Positions 1 through 13,105 of a stretch of 64,000 nt of DNA are shown here, piece by piece (position 1 is the first letter of the stretch; each line of letters starts with the position of its first letter). Made by a program: the position numbers and the translations under genes. The notes beneath the pieces were generated by a model. That model worked only from the letters and a program-made list of their open reading frames with translations. It did no database searches and was not told where the DNA came from. Location of the stretch: NCBI GenBank assembly GCA_032718475.1, contig JAUCBJ010007480.1:1-64000 (forward strand), read 5' to 3'. Source of the DNA: Nemertoderma westbladi (Eukaryota; Animalia; Xenacoelomorpha).

Positions 1-70
1 ATATTAGTAAAATAGAGAACGCTACCTATAATGGGAAAATATTAGTAAAATAGAGAACGCTACCTATCAT
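1..70. repeat. 38-bp tandem repeat, ~2 copies, cut by window edge
   Basis: ATATTAGTAAAATAGAGAACGCTACCTAT at 1 and 39. Confidence 0.7.
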
Positions 71-291
71 AGGTAATAAACAGTAGCCAGTAAAGGCACA
101 AGTCTGAATCTGATATTTGCACTGAGATACAAAATACCATCACTGATACACAAATCAGAACCGTAAAAACCAAAGCTGCTTCTCAGGTATGAGAGGCGCA
201 TGTGACTGAGTATAAATTGATATTACAGTAGTATAAGCTGCTGTTAGCTTGAGAGTGGTTTGGCTTATTGCTGCCTGGACAAATAGGGGAT

Positions 292-1139
292 CAGGGGCGG
301 GCGACAAGAAGCTCCGTTAGTGCTAACGGCACCGTTAACTAAAATTATAAGCGACATGAATCCTCCGTTAAATTAACGGCGGCTTTAACTAACGGAAGCC
401 AGCGACTCGAAGCTCCGTTACACCAACGGAGGACTCTCCGTTAAGGTATTTTACACCATGCGCCAGAAAGCACCTTTAAGGTTCCGTTAAGAAATATTTT
501 GTATTCTACTCTACATAACTAAAAGCATTCTGAAAAACTATATATATAGCTTTCATTGTATAGAATTTGAATTCACTTTCTGTGTGACATTCAATCATCT
601 CCGCATTATTCATATTTCCAACTCCTATTTGTCGGTAGTTCTAATTAAACATTGCGGGGCGTTGCAGCTGATGTGGGTGGACTTAGATGTGCAATCACAG
701 TTATAAACACAGTTCAACTTAGTTTTACGTCATCAGTTAGACCCTCTCAGTAATCTTAGAGATACATAATTTAACGAACGATTCCTCAATGACCAGGTGG
801 AAGTCGTTGTTCATTGAGAGATAGAGTAGATTTCTACCCAATACATATTGAGCACTACATATGCTCTATTAGTTGTTTTGATGATGTTACATTCCCGATC
901 TTAACATTAATTGTGTGCGCTATTGCCTAAACATGAAACTATAGCGGTAGTATTTACTGCTTTGGTCTTGGTGTACAATATTTTTTAGATGTGAAAGGGT
1001 TTTAATTTGAAACGGCACTCCAACAATAACATTATCGAGTTGCCTAAGCAACCATAACAACACTCATGTGTACGCAATTTTATCATCATTTGGAAAGTAT
1101 CACATTTATTACTAATGGAGCCTTAATGGAGAACTCACT
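292..1139. mobile_element. Left part of a non-autonomous TIR DNA transposon (hAT-like end) hosting the outer Polinton
   Basis: Begins CAGGGGCGGGCGACAAGAAGCTCCGTTA; inverted counterpart ends at 35659; repeated subterminal CTCCGTTA/TAACGG motifs; no matching 8-bp TSD (TAGGGGAT vs GGCTGCTG). Confidence 0.55.
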
Positions 1140-1669
1140 AGTAGTAGGGTCTTGGCCGGCTCTGTGACACTTGGACCCAACTGACACCCATTGGGTGTCA
1201 TATGACACCCAATTATCACCCTATGGGTGTCATTGGGTGTCATTGGCGCCAGACTGTCTGGGTGACACCTCCCAATTAGGCTAATTAGACCCTAATTGAA
1301 AGGTGTCATCAATTAATTAGTACAATTAAACCCTAACAGGTGTCATATTAGGGTTTAATTGATTATCCTAATTAATCAGACTGATTAGCGCCCTGACACA
1401 CAATGGGTCATCAGTGTTGTCCAAGTGTCACAGAGCCGGCTCAAGAGGGTGTCATAAGTGACAACGCGGCTCTTTTATTCATTAATACCTATTTATTTAT
1501 ATTTAATTTTAATTAATTATTTGTATTCTATTTTACTTTATTTATTCATTTGTACTTTATTTTAAATTAATTAATTGTATTACTTTTACTTTATACATTG
1601 ATTTCTATTTTTAGATTAATTAGTTTTTATATTACCAATGAGATCACTATGACATAATGTCTATATTTA
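1140..1669 (+). repeat. Left TIR of outer Polinton
   Basis: 1209-1669 is the reverse complement of 35159-35618 with only a few differences. Confidence 0.93.
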
Positions 1670-2149
1670 ACTTTATAATTACCTATTACATCCACCGTTC
1701 ACCACATTCCCGGCAACTATCAACTACGTTCATCGGCGGGGGCCCCCTCCTCTGCCCTCATTATTCATTAAGTTGCACAACATGCATTGAATCTACACGT
1801 ATACCCCCAAGGCAAATATAAATGAGCGGTCCCGTCTGTTAGCAGCCCCTTTGATGACTCACTAATAATCCCAATGCGGCCTTGACTTCACCAAATCCGT
1901 ATATCGCTCAAGGCTAATGTTCCAGCGGCCCTCCTTTGTTCTCACTATAGCCGGCATCACTCGGGTCCTTTCCTATATCCAAGCAGCCCGTATCATAACA
2001 ATAAAGCGCCTCTAATCACGCATTCCTCTCTACTAATCCCATTCCTTTGCATCAGACCTGCTTCTGTTATACAGTCAAGTTGCCTACAGGAGTTTTCTAA
2101 TATAGATTCATCAACATGAGAAGTTGCCCTGGTTACCGCTAATGCGTGA

Positions 2150-2225
2150 ACATCCAATCAGCGGGGTTCATTTCTGCTGCTGCACCCTGATTGGCTCATT
2201 TAAGAGACAATGGCCTCCCTTAATA
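2150..2225 (+). promoter_or_regulatory. Putative Pol II promoter of outer pPolB unit
   Basis: CCAATCAG (~2155), inverted CTGATTGG (~2188), TATA-like sequences just downstream (TTAATAA ~2220, TATTTAA ~2237). Confidence 0.35.
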
Positions 2226-3298
2226 ACCGAATTGCTATTTAATAAGTCCCCACCAATATATTACGTCATTATTTCATTTGCAAGTTACGATTAACATCAT
2301 TTACCATTATTTTGTTTTCGAATTTAATATTATTTATTAAGAATATTTATTTGTTATCATCGATCAACAACCCACTTATACAGCTGTATTATTGTCATTT
2401 CGCCGCGTTATCATTCATCGTCGACAACAAACTTTCCGCGTATCCGACTTACAACCGCGTAATATTCCAATATTTCTAATTTCCGATACCATTCCGTTCT
2501 ATCGGTTAATAAATTCTCTCGTCGTCCACGTCAACCAACTTCCTCATCGCCAACAAACTTCCAAACTTCATCTTTCCGTGAATATTAACTGCCACTGTAA
2601 GTAAAATCTGCCTTCCACCATCTGACGATACTATCGATGCCGGTAGCAAACAATTTACCTTTAATGTCTACCGGTACAACAGTATTGCAGTAGGCTCATT
2701 ATTAATTACTGTCAGACTGCGGTGGTACCGATAGCCTAAACCGGGATCGAAGCATTCGATCAATATGCCTACATCTGTCTATCTGCTTGTCTATCTGACT
2801 ACCGGTATCGGATCATTCGAGTTAGCCTAGGGCCATCGTAGTAGCGATATAGACCCTACTGAACAACAATGAATACTGCAGTTTTCACTATATATCCTAC
2901 TGACTAACTGAGTTCTCACACAGCGATTAGCTAGGCCTATCGTTGATTTGTATTGGTTAACGCTACCAGTACGTCTGACTTCTAGCGGACTATATCACTA
3001 GCACTACTGCACTAACTAACTGACTGTTGACTGCTGTTTATAGACCCTCTTTCCACGAATAATAACTGGCATCGCTTTTGTGTCTTGGTTATCGCCACTA
3101 TCTAACCGCTGGTACACTAACACTACTACACTAGATACTGCCGACTGCCTGCTTTATGTTTCACTGACTGATTGCTACAATACAGCAATAGGCCTAACTA
3201 TACAAACACAGTATTGTTGCCTAGTAACTGAGTAATACCTACTGTTTTACTTTATTTTTAGCAAGTATACAGTATTTTTTTATCTTTATAAATAATCA

Positions 3299-6200
3299 AT
3301 GCATTTTTCTAGATTCAAGATGCCAAGATCAACAAATAAAGTCAGCTGCCCCATCTGCGACAAAGAGATGCGGAGCGATCATCTAAAATCCCATATCAAA
3401 ATTCATTTCGCGCAATATAGATGCGACTGTTGCTCGACTTGGTCTTCGGAAAAGAAGACGCTGGTTGGCCATCTTGTTTCGTGTCCTCAGGGGGGAACAG
3501 GATTTTCTTACGTAAACGAGCCAGCCGATTGCCGCTGCGGGGATTCGCTCACCCTATCATCCTTCACTGAGCATGAATGCTACACTCGACTTTTTTTGCG
3601 GAAACGCAAAACTCCATCTACCTCCCACTCATCCCCCATCAACTCTACTCCAGAACAAGTCGGCGGCGGCGGCTCCAATAATGAACCTTCAACTTCGCGA
3701 GATTCTATTTCCCCAAACAATCCCTTTCAACCCCCCTCCAACGGAAGCGCACACGGACGACTGTTTACCTATAACAATGACCTCGCAGAAACAAGACTCG
3801 ACGCTGAATTAACATTAAATGAAAATTTTCCACATATTCAAGAACACGTTAGTAGCCATTTACATAGTGCTTTGGGAACTTTTTTAAGAGTCTGGCTTAC
3901 AATCAGTATCGTAATGGAGCGTGAAACCAGCGAGGGTTTTCAAATTGAATCATTCTGTTTTAAATCTAGCGGTAACAATAATCAAATTCTAAATAATAGC
4001 GACTTTAATAACTGGTTTTCTAGCGCCGTCAATCGTATCGATCAGCTGTTAAGCGTGTTTCTCTGCCTCAGCTCGGGCTGGCGCATAATAGCCATCGAGC
4101 GAATAACTATTGAGATTGCGCGGTCCCAACGCAACCCCTATTTAAAGGGTCAAGGCTTCAATAATTCTAAATTATTATTAAATAAAAAATGTACCGTAAG
4201 CGTAGACTGCCCGCTGGGGGAATGCTTTAAATACGCAGTATTAGCCGCCGCAAATTATAAGAAAATTGATAGAAAACAAAATAATATCAAAAGAATTTCA
4301 ACGTATACTCCTTTCCTAAACATGTTTGATTTTTCCAATTTAAGTTTCCCGGTGGACAGAGTAACTGGTATTCCCCAGTTTCTGAAAGCAAACCCTATAT
4401 ACTGTATAAACCTTCTTTATTGGAGTAATACGGAAGAACTCTCTATTCTAAGTCAACCAGATAGCGCACCCTGTTCCGGTAAAACTGTACTAAATTTATT
4501 ATTTATCGAAGCCACAAGCAAAAACCCCGCCCACTACGTAGCTATTACTAACATAGATAGACTAATAAATACAAAAGCTACTTCTACCGGCAACAAGATG
4601 CACTGCGAACGCTGTCTCAGAGCCTTTTACACTGACAAATCATTGGGAGAACATCGAGAGCGCTGCTATACGGGTAAACGCCAACTCGAGTATATGCCCG
4701 AAAATCTCTTGGTTAAATTTGACAGGTACGATAAGACTCTATCCCCACCTTTCTGTATATACGCCGACATTGAAACTATTCTAGAACCTACAAACAATAT
4801 TAAACTCCCACAGAAACATATAGCTAGCGCGGCAGCCTTTTATACAGTACCAAATCAGAAATTAATTAACCCTCCTAAAACAGATGTTCAAATTTTCCGT
4901 GACGATGGCAGTAACCACGTAATGCGCGACTTTCTAACCGCTATGGAAAGTCATTGTAGGGAGTTATACGATTGGTCCATTTCTAGTACAAACACACACG
5001 CCCCCATGCAACTCACTACTAGCCAACAAACTGACTTTAATAACGCTACATAATGCTACGTCTGCAACTGTAATTTAACCCCCGATTCTCATAATTTAAA
5101 CCTCAATGACAATCTCAGCACCAAAGTCCGCGATCACGATCATTATAGCGGGGAGTATCGAGGGGCTTCTTGCGTCAGCTGCAACAGGAAACTTTCCCTA
5201 AAACGGAATAATTTTTATATTATATTTCATAACTTGAGGAAATTCGATATGCATTTACTACTAAAAGAAGGAATGACCGATAGTTCTAGAACACACTGGA
5301 AAATGACCGTAATACCAAAAAACACCGAAACTTATATTCACCTTAAAGTTAGCTTTCCAATCGATCCGAGTACACCAACAGCCAACGCTAAAGAAAGTAT
5401 CTCCATTAATTTTCTAGATTCCTATCAGTTTATGACTGCCAGCCTAGATAATCTTAGTAGTTATCTCACTAAAAATAACAGTAACCTAGCAACAGCCATA
5501 CCTCATACACTAGCTCAAATGACCCAACTCTATCCCAACATTAGCGATAACACAATAAAAAACAAGGGCGTATTCCCATATTCTTACATTCAAAATATTT
5601 CAAACCTACACGAAACTACACTCCCCCCAATAGAAAGCTTCTATAATGTTCTCAAATTGGAACAATGTAGCGCAGAAAACTATCAGCGCGCGCTTACTAC
5701 TTGGGATGAATTAAACTGCGCAACAATCTTCGACTATATGATTGGCTATTTGGTTCTAGACGTTACCCTATTGGCTGATACTTTCGAGCAGTTCCGATCC
5801 CTCTGTCTTATTAATTATGAACTCGAGCCCGTAATGTACTTCACTGCCCCGGGATTAACTTACGACGCGGCGCTGAAATTCACGCAATCAGAAATTCAAT
5901 TACTATCAGACGCTTCCATCTACTCGGACTTTGAAACAAATATTAGGGGTGGTCTAGTTTTCTTGAATACACATTCCGTAGATGCAAATATTCCCGATAA
6001 ACCCGACTACGACTCCAGTCTCCCCGAGAAATATCTAATTCCCATCGATGCGAATAACCTTTATGGCTGCGCCCTGAGCCAGAAACTTCCCTACGCTAAT
6101 ATTAAACTCGTAACTACCCCCATAGACCTAGCTACAGTAGACGCGAGTGGGGACACTGGTTATTATTGCATAGTTGATCTACATTACCCGAAAGAAATTC

Positions 6201-6327
6201 ATGATTTGACCGCCGATCTGCCTCTAGGAGCGGAGAAGATGTCAGTCCCTAAATCCTTTCTTAGTGAATACATGGAAGATCTTTGGGAGCATTACAATCT
6301 CACCGATACGGCTACCTGTAGACCATA
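3299..6327 (+). pseudogene. Outer protein-primed DNA polymerase B, 5' part (C2H2 fingers, OTU-like protease region, exonuclease with EndoVII-like insertion, Pol motif A)
   Basis: ORFs 3299-5053 and 5234-6328 share a frame and are separated by one TAA at 5051. Motifs: CPIC..H..H, SGWRI, ECFKYAV..HYVAI, YADIE, CYVC..RDHDHYSGEYRGASCVSCN, FHNLRKFD, KGVFPY, IDANNLYG. Cut at 6327 by nested element. Confidence 0.92.
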
Positions 6328-6762
6328 AGTAGTAGGAGAAACATAGACCTCGGCATACTCCTCCCTAGCTTGGGCTATGGGCTAGATCTCAGAGGGCTAT
6401 TAAAAATGCCAAATTCCGGTGCTAAATTGCAGTGTTTAATGACCATCTGTCACCAACAGTATTGATTCGCGTCATTGCCTTGCCTTCAACCAATCGTTGC
6501 TTATCACCTACGCGTAGCCTAACCTCAATCGTCCGACCCACCGACTGATCGACTGACTGAATGCTGTTGACACTACTAACAACGACGTGGCCATCTACAC
6601 GCATATACCCCACCCGATATTATATCGATTGCCAACTCAACGATTTACCCACCGCTAGCTAGTGCTACTCTTCGACGGCTGTCGCCAATCCAACCAACCT
6701 ACCAGTCCAGCACTATGATACATGAAATTCCGCCATGTTCCAGCTACACGTATACGAACATT
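6328..6762 (+). repeat. Left TIR of inner Polinton
   Basis: Reverse complement of 24618-25130 with substitutions and indels. Confidence 0.92.
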
Positions 6763-7069
6763 TCCATAGTTACTCAACCTAACCGATCCCACAGCATCTG
6801 TGCCATATTGAAAGGCTACCACTAACATTATACTGTGCATTTTTATTATAATAATTATTGATTATTACGCACAACCCTATGATTCATATTCTTTCATGTA
6901 TTTCCTATCCACGCAACCAATCAACCATTCATCCATGTTGCACCCCATCTCTTTTCTTATTCGTCGATGATTATGACACGTCCCATCTCTTCTTCGTTGA
7001 CTATGCCACATCGCAAATTTATATATAACTGAATGTTTTTAATAAAATTCATCACTTGTAAACTTCATG

Positions 7070-7423
7070 GTAATATATTGATACCATATCTAATTTTTTT
7101 GTTCTCACTCTGAAATTGTGTTATTTCCTTAATAATTTCTTCATTATCTTACTCGTTGGCTGGAAAATCATACACTCGAATAAATGATACTGATTCCCAC
7201 ATTAGGGTTATAAAACCAGTAAAAAAAATAAATAGCCGCTAGAGATTATTAGCGATCAATTCTACATTGAATTATCAAATCCAGAGTTTATTGGATTTGT
7301 AACAGCTTTCTATTTTTTTAACGGGTTTTTCAACCCCAATGTCGGATTCAGTATCATTTTATCAGGTGTTGTTTTCCAACCAAACACAATTTTAGAGTGA
7401 GAACTATGGTGTCAATTTATTAC
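7070..7423. repeat. Imperfect inverted repeat enclosing a 74-bp copy of the downstream ORF
   Basis: Arms ~7070-7230 and ~7311-7423; loop 7236-7309 matches 7865-7938 with 2 mismatches. Confidence 0.75.
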
Positions 7424-7480
7424 AGCGATACGGTTTAAAATTTATCACTTGTAATATTTTTCGTATTTATTATTATTATT

Positions 7481-8518
7481 ATGGCCTTAACGCAAAAAAC
7501 CGGAGCAACAAATAGCTGTAAATTTACTTACAATAAATATACTTGTACCGTCGTTCACAGCAAGTATTTTATTGTAGAATCTCAGGAGGACAACGAATCA
7601 ATTTGTTTTTCCCATCAAGATACCCGCTATTTGTTAGACATTCTAGAAACAACCAACAACAACCAACATCAATCCAGACCAGCAATTATACCAGGTAGGA
7701 TATATCCCACTCTTCGTTTTGCGCGGGGAAATTTGAATATTTCCATCAACCCCACATCGGGTGATGTTTACGTTCAGAAACAAGGCAAATGTAAAGTTCT
7801 CAACAAAGCTTTTACTGAAGTTCTAATTCAATACAGAGGGAAATTATTGCAATTTCTCTCTCCACCGCTAGAGATTATTAGCGATCAATTCTATATTGAA
7901 TTATCAAATCCAGAGTTTATTGGATTTATAACAGCTTTTAAAGGAACCAACTATGTTGGCTTATGGAAAATCAGCCTCAGATACGCTGATAGTGTTGGTT
8001 TTAACTATTATATGGGTTTCAATTTGTCAAAACAGGAACTAACCGTTTTGTTGCGAGAGTGGGACAACCAAGTCGATGAAACAGACAAGCATCTTTTTGA
8101 TAAAAATATCATTCAATTATCAGACCGTCTCAAAATGATTAAAACCAATAATAAAAAAATTATTATCACCAACACCGATAATTCTACTGAAGTAGGTGCC
8201 GGCGGAAATTCTATTGAGTTGCATTACTTGAATGATAAAGCCCATATTAGTTTTCTCAAAGAATCGATGGATGGTGTTTCTCTTATTGAAGCCCATGGAG
8301 ACGGTTTTGTCCTTTTGGATAAACCTAAAGCATTCGTAGAGATCCCATCACCTAATCCGGATGTTGAAGAGAGTTGCTCTCAACCGCAACAGGTCTTTCC
8401 TGAAATATTACCTCGGAAGCCAAGATCATCGAGTAAATTTACCAATGCATCACCTGCAAAGAAACAGAAAGTTGTCAGTAACCCAGTTCTAGTAGAGCCT
8501 GTTACTAATTCTCCATAG
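7481..8518 (+). CDS. Polinton protein with putative PC4-like ssDNA-binding domain
   Basis: 345-aa intact ORF; GFITAFKGTNYVGLWK...GFNLSKQELTVL resembles PC4 VRDFKGKVLIDIRE...GISLNPEQWSQL; similar segment in ORF 33097-34809. Confidence 0.6.
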   Translation: MALTQKTGATNSCKFTYNKYTCTVVHSKYFIVESQEDNESICFSHQDTRYLLDILETTNNNQHQSRPAIIPGRIYPTLRFARGNLNISINPTSGDVYVQKQGKCKVLNKAFTEVLIQYRGKLLQFLSPPLEIISDQFYIELSNPEFIGFITAFKGTNYVGLWKISLRYADSVGFNYYMGFNLSKQELTVLLREWDNQVDETDKHLFDKNIIQLSDRLKMIKTNNKKIIITNTDNSTEVGAGGNSIELHYLNDKAHISFLKESMDGVSLIEAHGDGFVLLDKPKAFVEIPSPNPDVEESCSQPQQVFPEILPRKPRSSSKFTNASPAKKQKVVSNPVLVEPVTNSP

Positions 8519-8734
8519 AAACCTGATTATTATCCTAATATGTAAACCTAATCATAAGTTAAACTCTTTGCAGTTTCCAATAGTCATAAGCGATTGGTGA
8601 TTGGTTTAAAATTATTTCCCTCACTAGCATATAAATGTTTAGATATAGTCAATATCATATCATTTCATTTTATTTTAATCTTTGGACATATTTTATTATT
8701 ATTATTATTATTATTTATCTAAACAAACTTCAAC

Positions 8735-11700
8735 ATGGATAAAATAACAATATTATGTTGTTCATTCTGTCATATGAATGTAACTAGACATAATTACTTA
8801 TGCCACCTACGGTCACATTTTGAAGGTTATTCTTGTTTTAAGTGTCATGTCGTGACTTCATGCAGCGAAATTTGTAAACGACATGAATCAACTACTGGTT
8901 GTAAAGAAATGGAGTTCCGCACCTATCAATTGACTTGTTCTACCTGTAATAAAGAGTATACATATGAGAATTATATACGATACGACTGTCACTTGAAATG
9001 TTACTACACAAGAAAGTGTAAATTTCCGCAACATAACAATATAATATCCAGAAAAAACTTAAGGGTGGCTCTTGGTACATGCGCAACAATTTTTACGCGG
9101 GAACAAGAAGCTCACGATAATCGTCTTGAAATTTATGTCCACGACCTCCCAACTTCTAGAGATTATCCTGATGTAGAAACAGCATTAGCGCAAATTCGAG
9201 GTAATATTCTTCAGTTAGTATTAGATAGATTGAAAGAAATGAATGTTCTTAGACTGTGGTTAGGTCTAAATGTATTAATGTACAGATCACATTTTTCAGA
9301 AGGTGAGCAATTGGAAACCTTTTATTTTAATTCTTCCGGTGGTGCTATTAATACTGTAGATTCGCCGCAAAGTTTTGACACATGGTTTGAGTATGTTGTG
9401 GAAAATATATTACAAAAAATAGCCATCTTTAACACACGTGGTTCGGGGTGGCGTATTAAATCTTTATTAAGGGTTGAAATTAAATTAGCTGAATCTAAGT
9501 GTAGGTCGTTAAGGGGCATGGATATATGGAATTACCTAAGGTTCTATCAGGTAAACGATATGTTATAAATGTACAATCGGCTGATAATGACTGTTTTAAA
9601 TGGGCAATTATATCTGCAAAATTTGGTAGCAAAGTGAAAAGCAATAAACAGCGTACTTCATCATACAAAAATTATATGACTCATTTCATTTTTGACAATG
9701 GGAAAAATGATTATCCAACAGAGTGGCAGTTAGCGATTAAACTTTTTGAAAAACAAAATTCAAAATATATAATTAATTTACTATGTTGGAATAACGACAA
9801 CAAACGCACCCCGGTATCTATATTAAGACAACCTCCGTTTAGTAAAATTACACCTGATAAACAGTTATTAAATATATTACTTGTAGTAAAAAATAACAAT
9901 GTACCTAAACTGAATCATTATGTTTCCATAACTAACTTGAATCGATTGCTGAATACGAGAGCTCTTCATATCGGGAATAGGAAATATTGCGAAAGGTGTT
10001 TGGCTCATTTTTTTCGAGCGGAAGTTCTTCATCTACACCGTCTCGCATGCTACCAAGGAAGAAGTCAGCGAGAGACACTACCTAATAAAAAAAGAACACA
10101 CATTAGTTTTACAAATTTAGATAGAACCTTAACCCCATTGTTTGTCACCTACTTTGATATAGAATGTATCTTACAACTGTCAGTTAATAATCAAATTATA
10201 CAGGAGCATATACCGTGTGCTGTGAGTTATTTAATTGTTCCCAATACTGAATTAATTGATGCTCCAAAATGTCATTTGAAAACATAATAATAATTGTATT
10301 CAAGATTTCTTAGATTCATTATATACTGATTTAACTGAATTATGTTGTTGGTCAGAAATATACACGCATAAAACTATGTCATTTACTAATATTGATTTTG
10401 TAAATTTTGAACAAGCAAAATTTGTTTTTATTGTAATGTTACTTTAAATAATAATGTAGGGAAAAACAGACATCATTCACATATTACAGGTCAATATATT
10501 ACGGCAGCCTGTAATAGTTGTAACCGAAGTTTATCATTGTAACGATACCTGTATGTACTTTGCGGACATAATTCCAACAATTACGATATACATTGTATAT
10601 TACAAAGCGGATTTAGAGATAAGAAATACACAGATTGGGATATAAAGGTTATACCGAGAAATACAGAACGATATATTTCACTGAGTGCATTTATCCCAAT
10701 TAAAAACACTTCTAAGAAAATTGAGTTACGTTTCTTAGACACATATCAATTTTTAAGCTTTTCTTTAAGTAATTTAGTTGAGTGTTCAACAAAGGATGTA
10801 GCGAGTCATGATATAAGCTCAATTTTACCTATTACTCTACAAGAAATGAAATATTTTTATCCAAACTTGAATAACTCAACAATTAAACAGAAAGGAGTAT
10901 TTCCATACGAGTACTTGACAGATATAAATAAATTTAATGATACTGGTTTGCCGTCTATAAATAATTTTTTTAGTAACTTAAGTCAAAAAACATGCACAAT
11001 TGAAGATTATAGGTTTGCGGGAATATCATGGGTAGAATTCGACTGTGTGAATCTCAAAGATTATCTTTTAGCCTATTTAAAACTCGATGTTTGTTTGCTT
11101 GCTGATATATTTGAGAATTTTAGGAATGTTTGTAAACAAAATTACGATTTAGAAGCGGTTTTTTACTGTAGTATAGCGTCATTTACCTATGATTGCGCGC
11201 TAAAATATAATAAATGTAAAATAGAATTAATAAAGGATTATCATTATTTTGAAAAATCAATTAGGGGTGGTGTTTCATTTTGTCGAAAGCATTATATAGA
11301 ATCAAATATACCAGGTACAAGTACATATGATTCTACTAAGGAAGAATGCCATATTTTTAATATTGATTTCAACTCTTTATATTCTGGGAATTTAAGTAAA
11401 AAACTACCCACCTCACAATTCAAAGAAGTAAGTATTAAACATTTAGAGAATGCAATTCCAGAAAAACTAATCGAGTACTTGGTAGATTTAGACATTGATA
11501 CATTGACACTGGATATTTTTTAATATGTGATTTAAATTATCCCAAGGCTATTCACGATCAAACATTACAATTACCGTTAGCCCCTGAGCATTTAAGTATA
11601 AATGAATCAATGCTTTTGCCTTATATGATGGAACAATTTAATAACTTGTCAATACAAAGAGGTACCTCCCGTAAATATAGAATGTCTATACCAAAACTCA

Positions 11701-13105
11701 TGCTGACGCAATTTGATAAAGAGTTTTATCATTTACATTTGAAACTGTTGTGTTAAAATTGTATATAAAACATGGATTAATTGTTACTAAACTACATAAA
11801 TTATATTCTTTTCAACAAGAATTTGTATTTAAAAATTACATCAATTTTAATATTAATCAAAGGCGACTGGCAAAAAGTTATATTGAAACAGCTGTCGCGA
11901 AATTGCTCAATAATTCGTTGTTTGGCAAATCAATAGAAAAGATAAGAGATCGATGTAACTTTCATATCGCAAATAGCAACGATAAATGCGATCAATTGGT
12001 AAATCGTATTAATCATGAACAATTTATAATATACAATAATACACTATCGGGACATTTATTAGTGAAAGACTCTGTAACTCTCGATAAGCCTATATTTATT
12101 GGTAGCACTGTGTTGGACTTGGCTAAATTGGATATGTATGAGCTGTATTACAATAAATTGCTACCTATTGAGAAATAATTAAACTGCAGTATTGAAATTG
12201 CTGCATCAGACACTGACTCATTGATAGGTTGTTACTATAATACATCGCAGAATAATTTTTTAAAAGCATTAATTAAAAATAATATTTTAGATACATCCAA
12301 TTACCCTAAGGATCACCCACTCTACAGCGATAAAAATAAATCCAGACTCTATTACTGTAAAGACGAACTAGCCTCACGTGAAATTAAACAAGCAGTATTT
12401 TTAAGACCAAAATTATATTCAATTTCGGAATGGAATAATAAAAATATTCGTAGAGCAAAAGGTATTACAAGAGCTGTTGTGGAAACGAATATTACACATG
12501 AAGAATATTTAAAAGCTTATAACTCAAATGAAGAAATAAAAAAAAACATACACAGATTTCAATCTAAATTACATCGTATTTATACCTTAGATACAGATGT
12601 CCAACTCCGACACCGACACGTCGCCGTACCCATAGGCGACTAAATACAGAAATATAAAAAAAAAACCTGTCTGCATGTCCAGGTTTTGAACTGCGCATCA
12701 CGACTCTATTAGGCCTAATTTTAGTAATATACTGGTATTTTCTGATTTTTATGTAGGCCTATATTGGTATTGTTTATACATGTTACCTAGGCTACGTCAG
12801 CTGGTGGTGGGACAATGTTTGTTTTTATATATTATATATATTGATATTAAAATATGAAAAAAAAAAAGAATTCATGAAATATTGTGAACCCAAAAAAAAA
12901 AAAAAAAAAAATTTATACCTTAAAGCAAAATAAATTTGCACTCAGTAGCTTTGATGATAAACTTTATTGGGTTAATAAAAATCAATCACTTCCTTGGGGG
13001 CACTATAAAACAAACCTCAAAAAACCTATAAAAATATCAAATATACCAATTTATGAAGAACCAAAAGACGATGGTGTTGATGATGAATTATCAAATAGTA
13101 AATAA
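8735..13105 (+). pseudogene. Inner protein-primed DNA polymerase B, multiply disrupted
   Basis: Fragments with C2H2 fingers, GSGWRI, DCFKWAI, CERC..H, YFDIE, KGVFPY, IDFNSLY, KLLNNSLFGK, SDTDS, RAKGI, FDDK..PWGHY; several frameshifts and stops plus a retroposed insertion. Confidence 0.93.
12590..12910 (+). mobile_element. Retroposed insertion (5'-truncated LINE/SINE or mRNA 3' end) with poly(A) tail
   Basis: 12-bp TSD ATTTATACCTTA at 12578-12589 and 12911-12922; terminal A run; removing it restores the pPolB reading HRIYTLKQNKFALSSFDDK. Confidence 0.85.

Noticed and set aside
5051-5053. Programmed stop readthrough in outer pPolB
   Set aside because: A single TAA in an already interrupted gene is more simply a nonsense mutation or sequencing error
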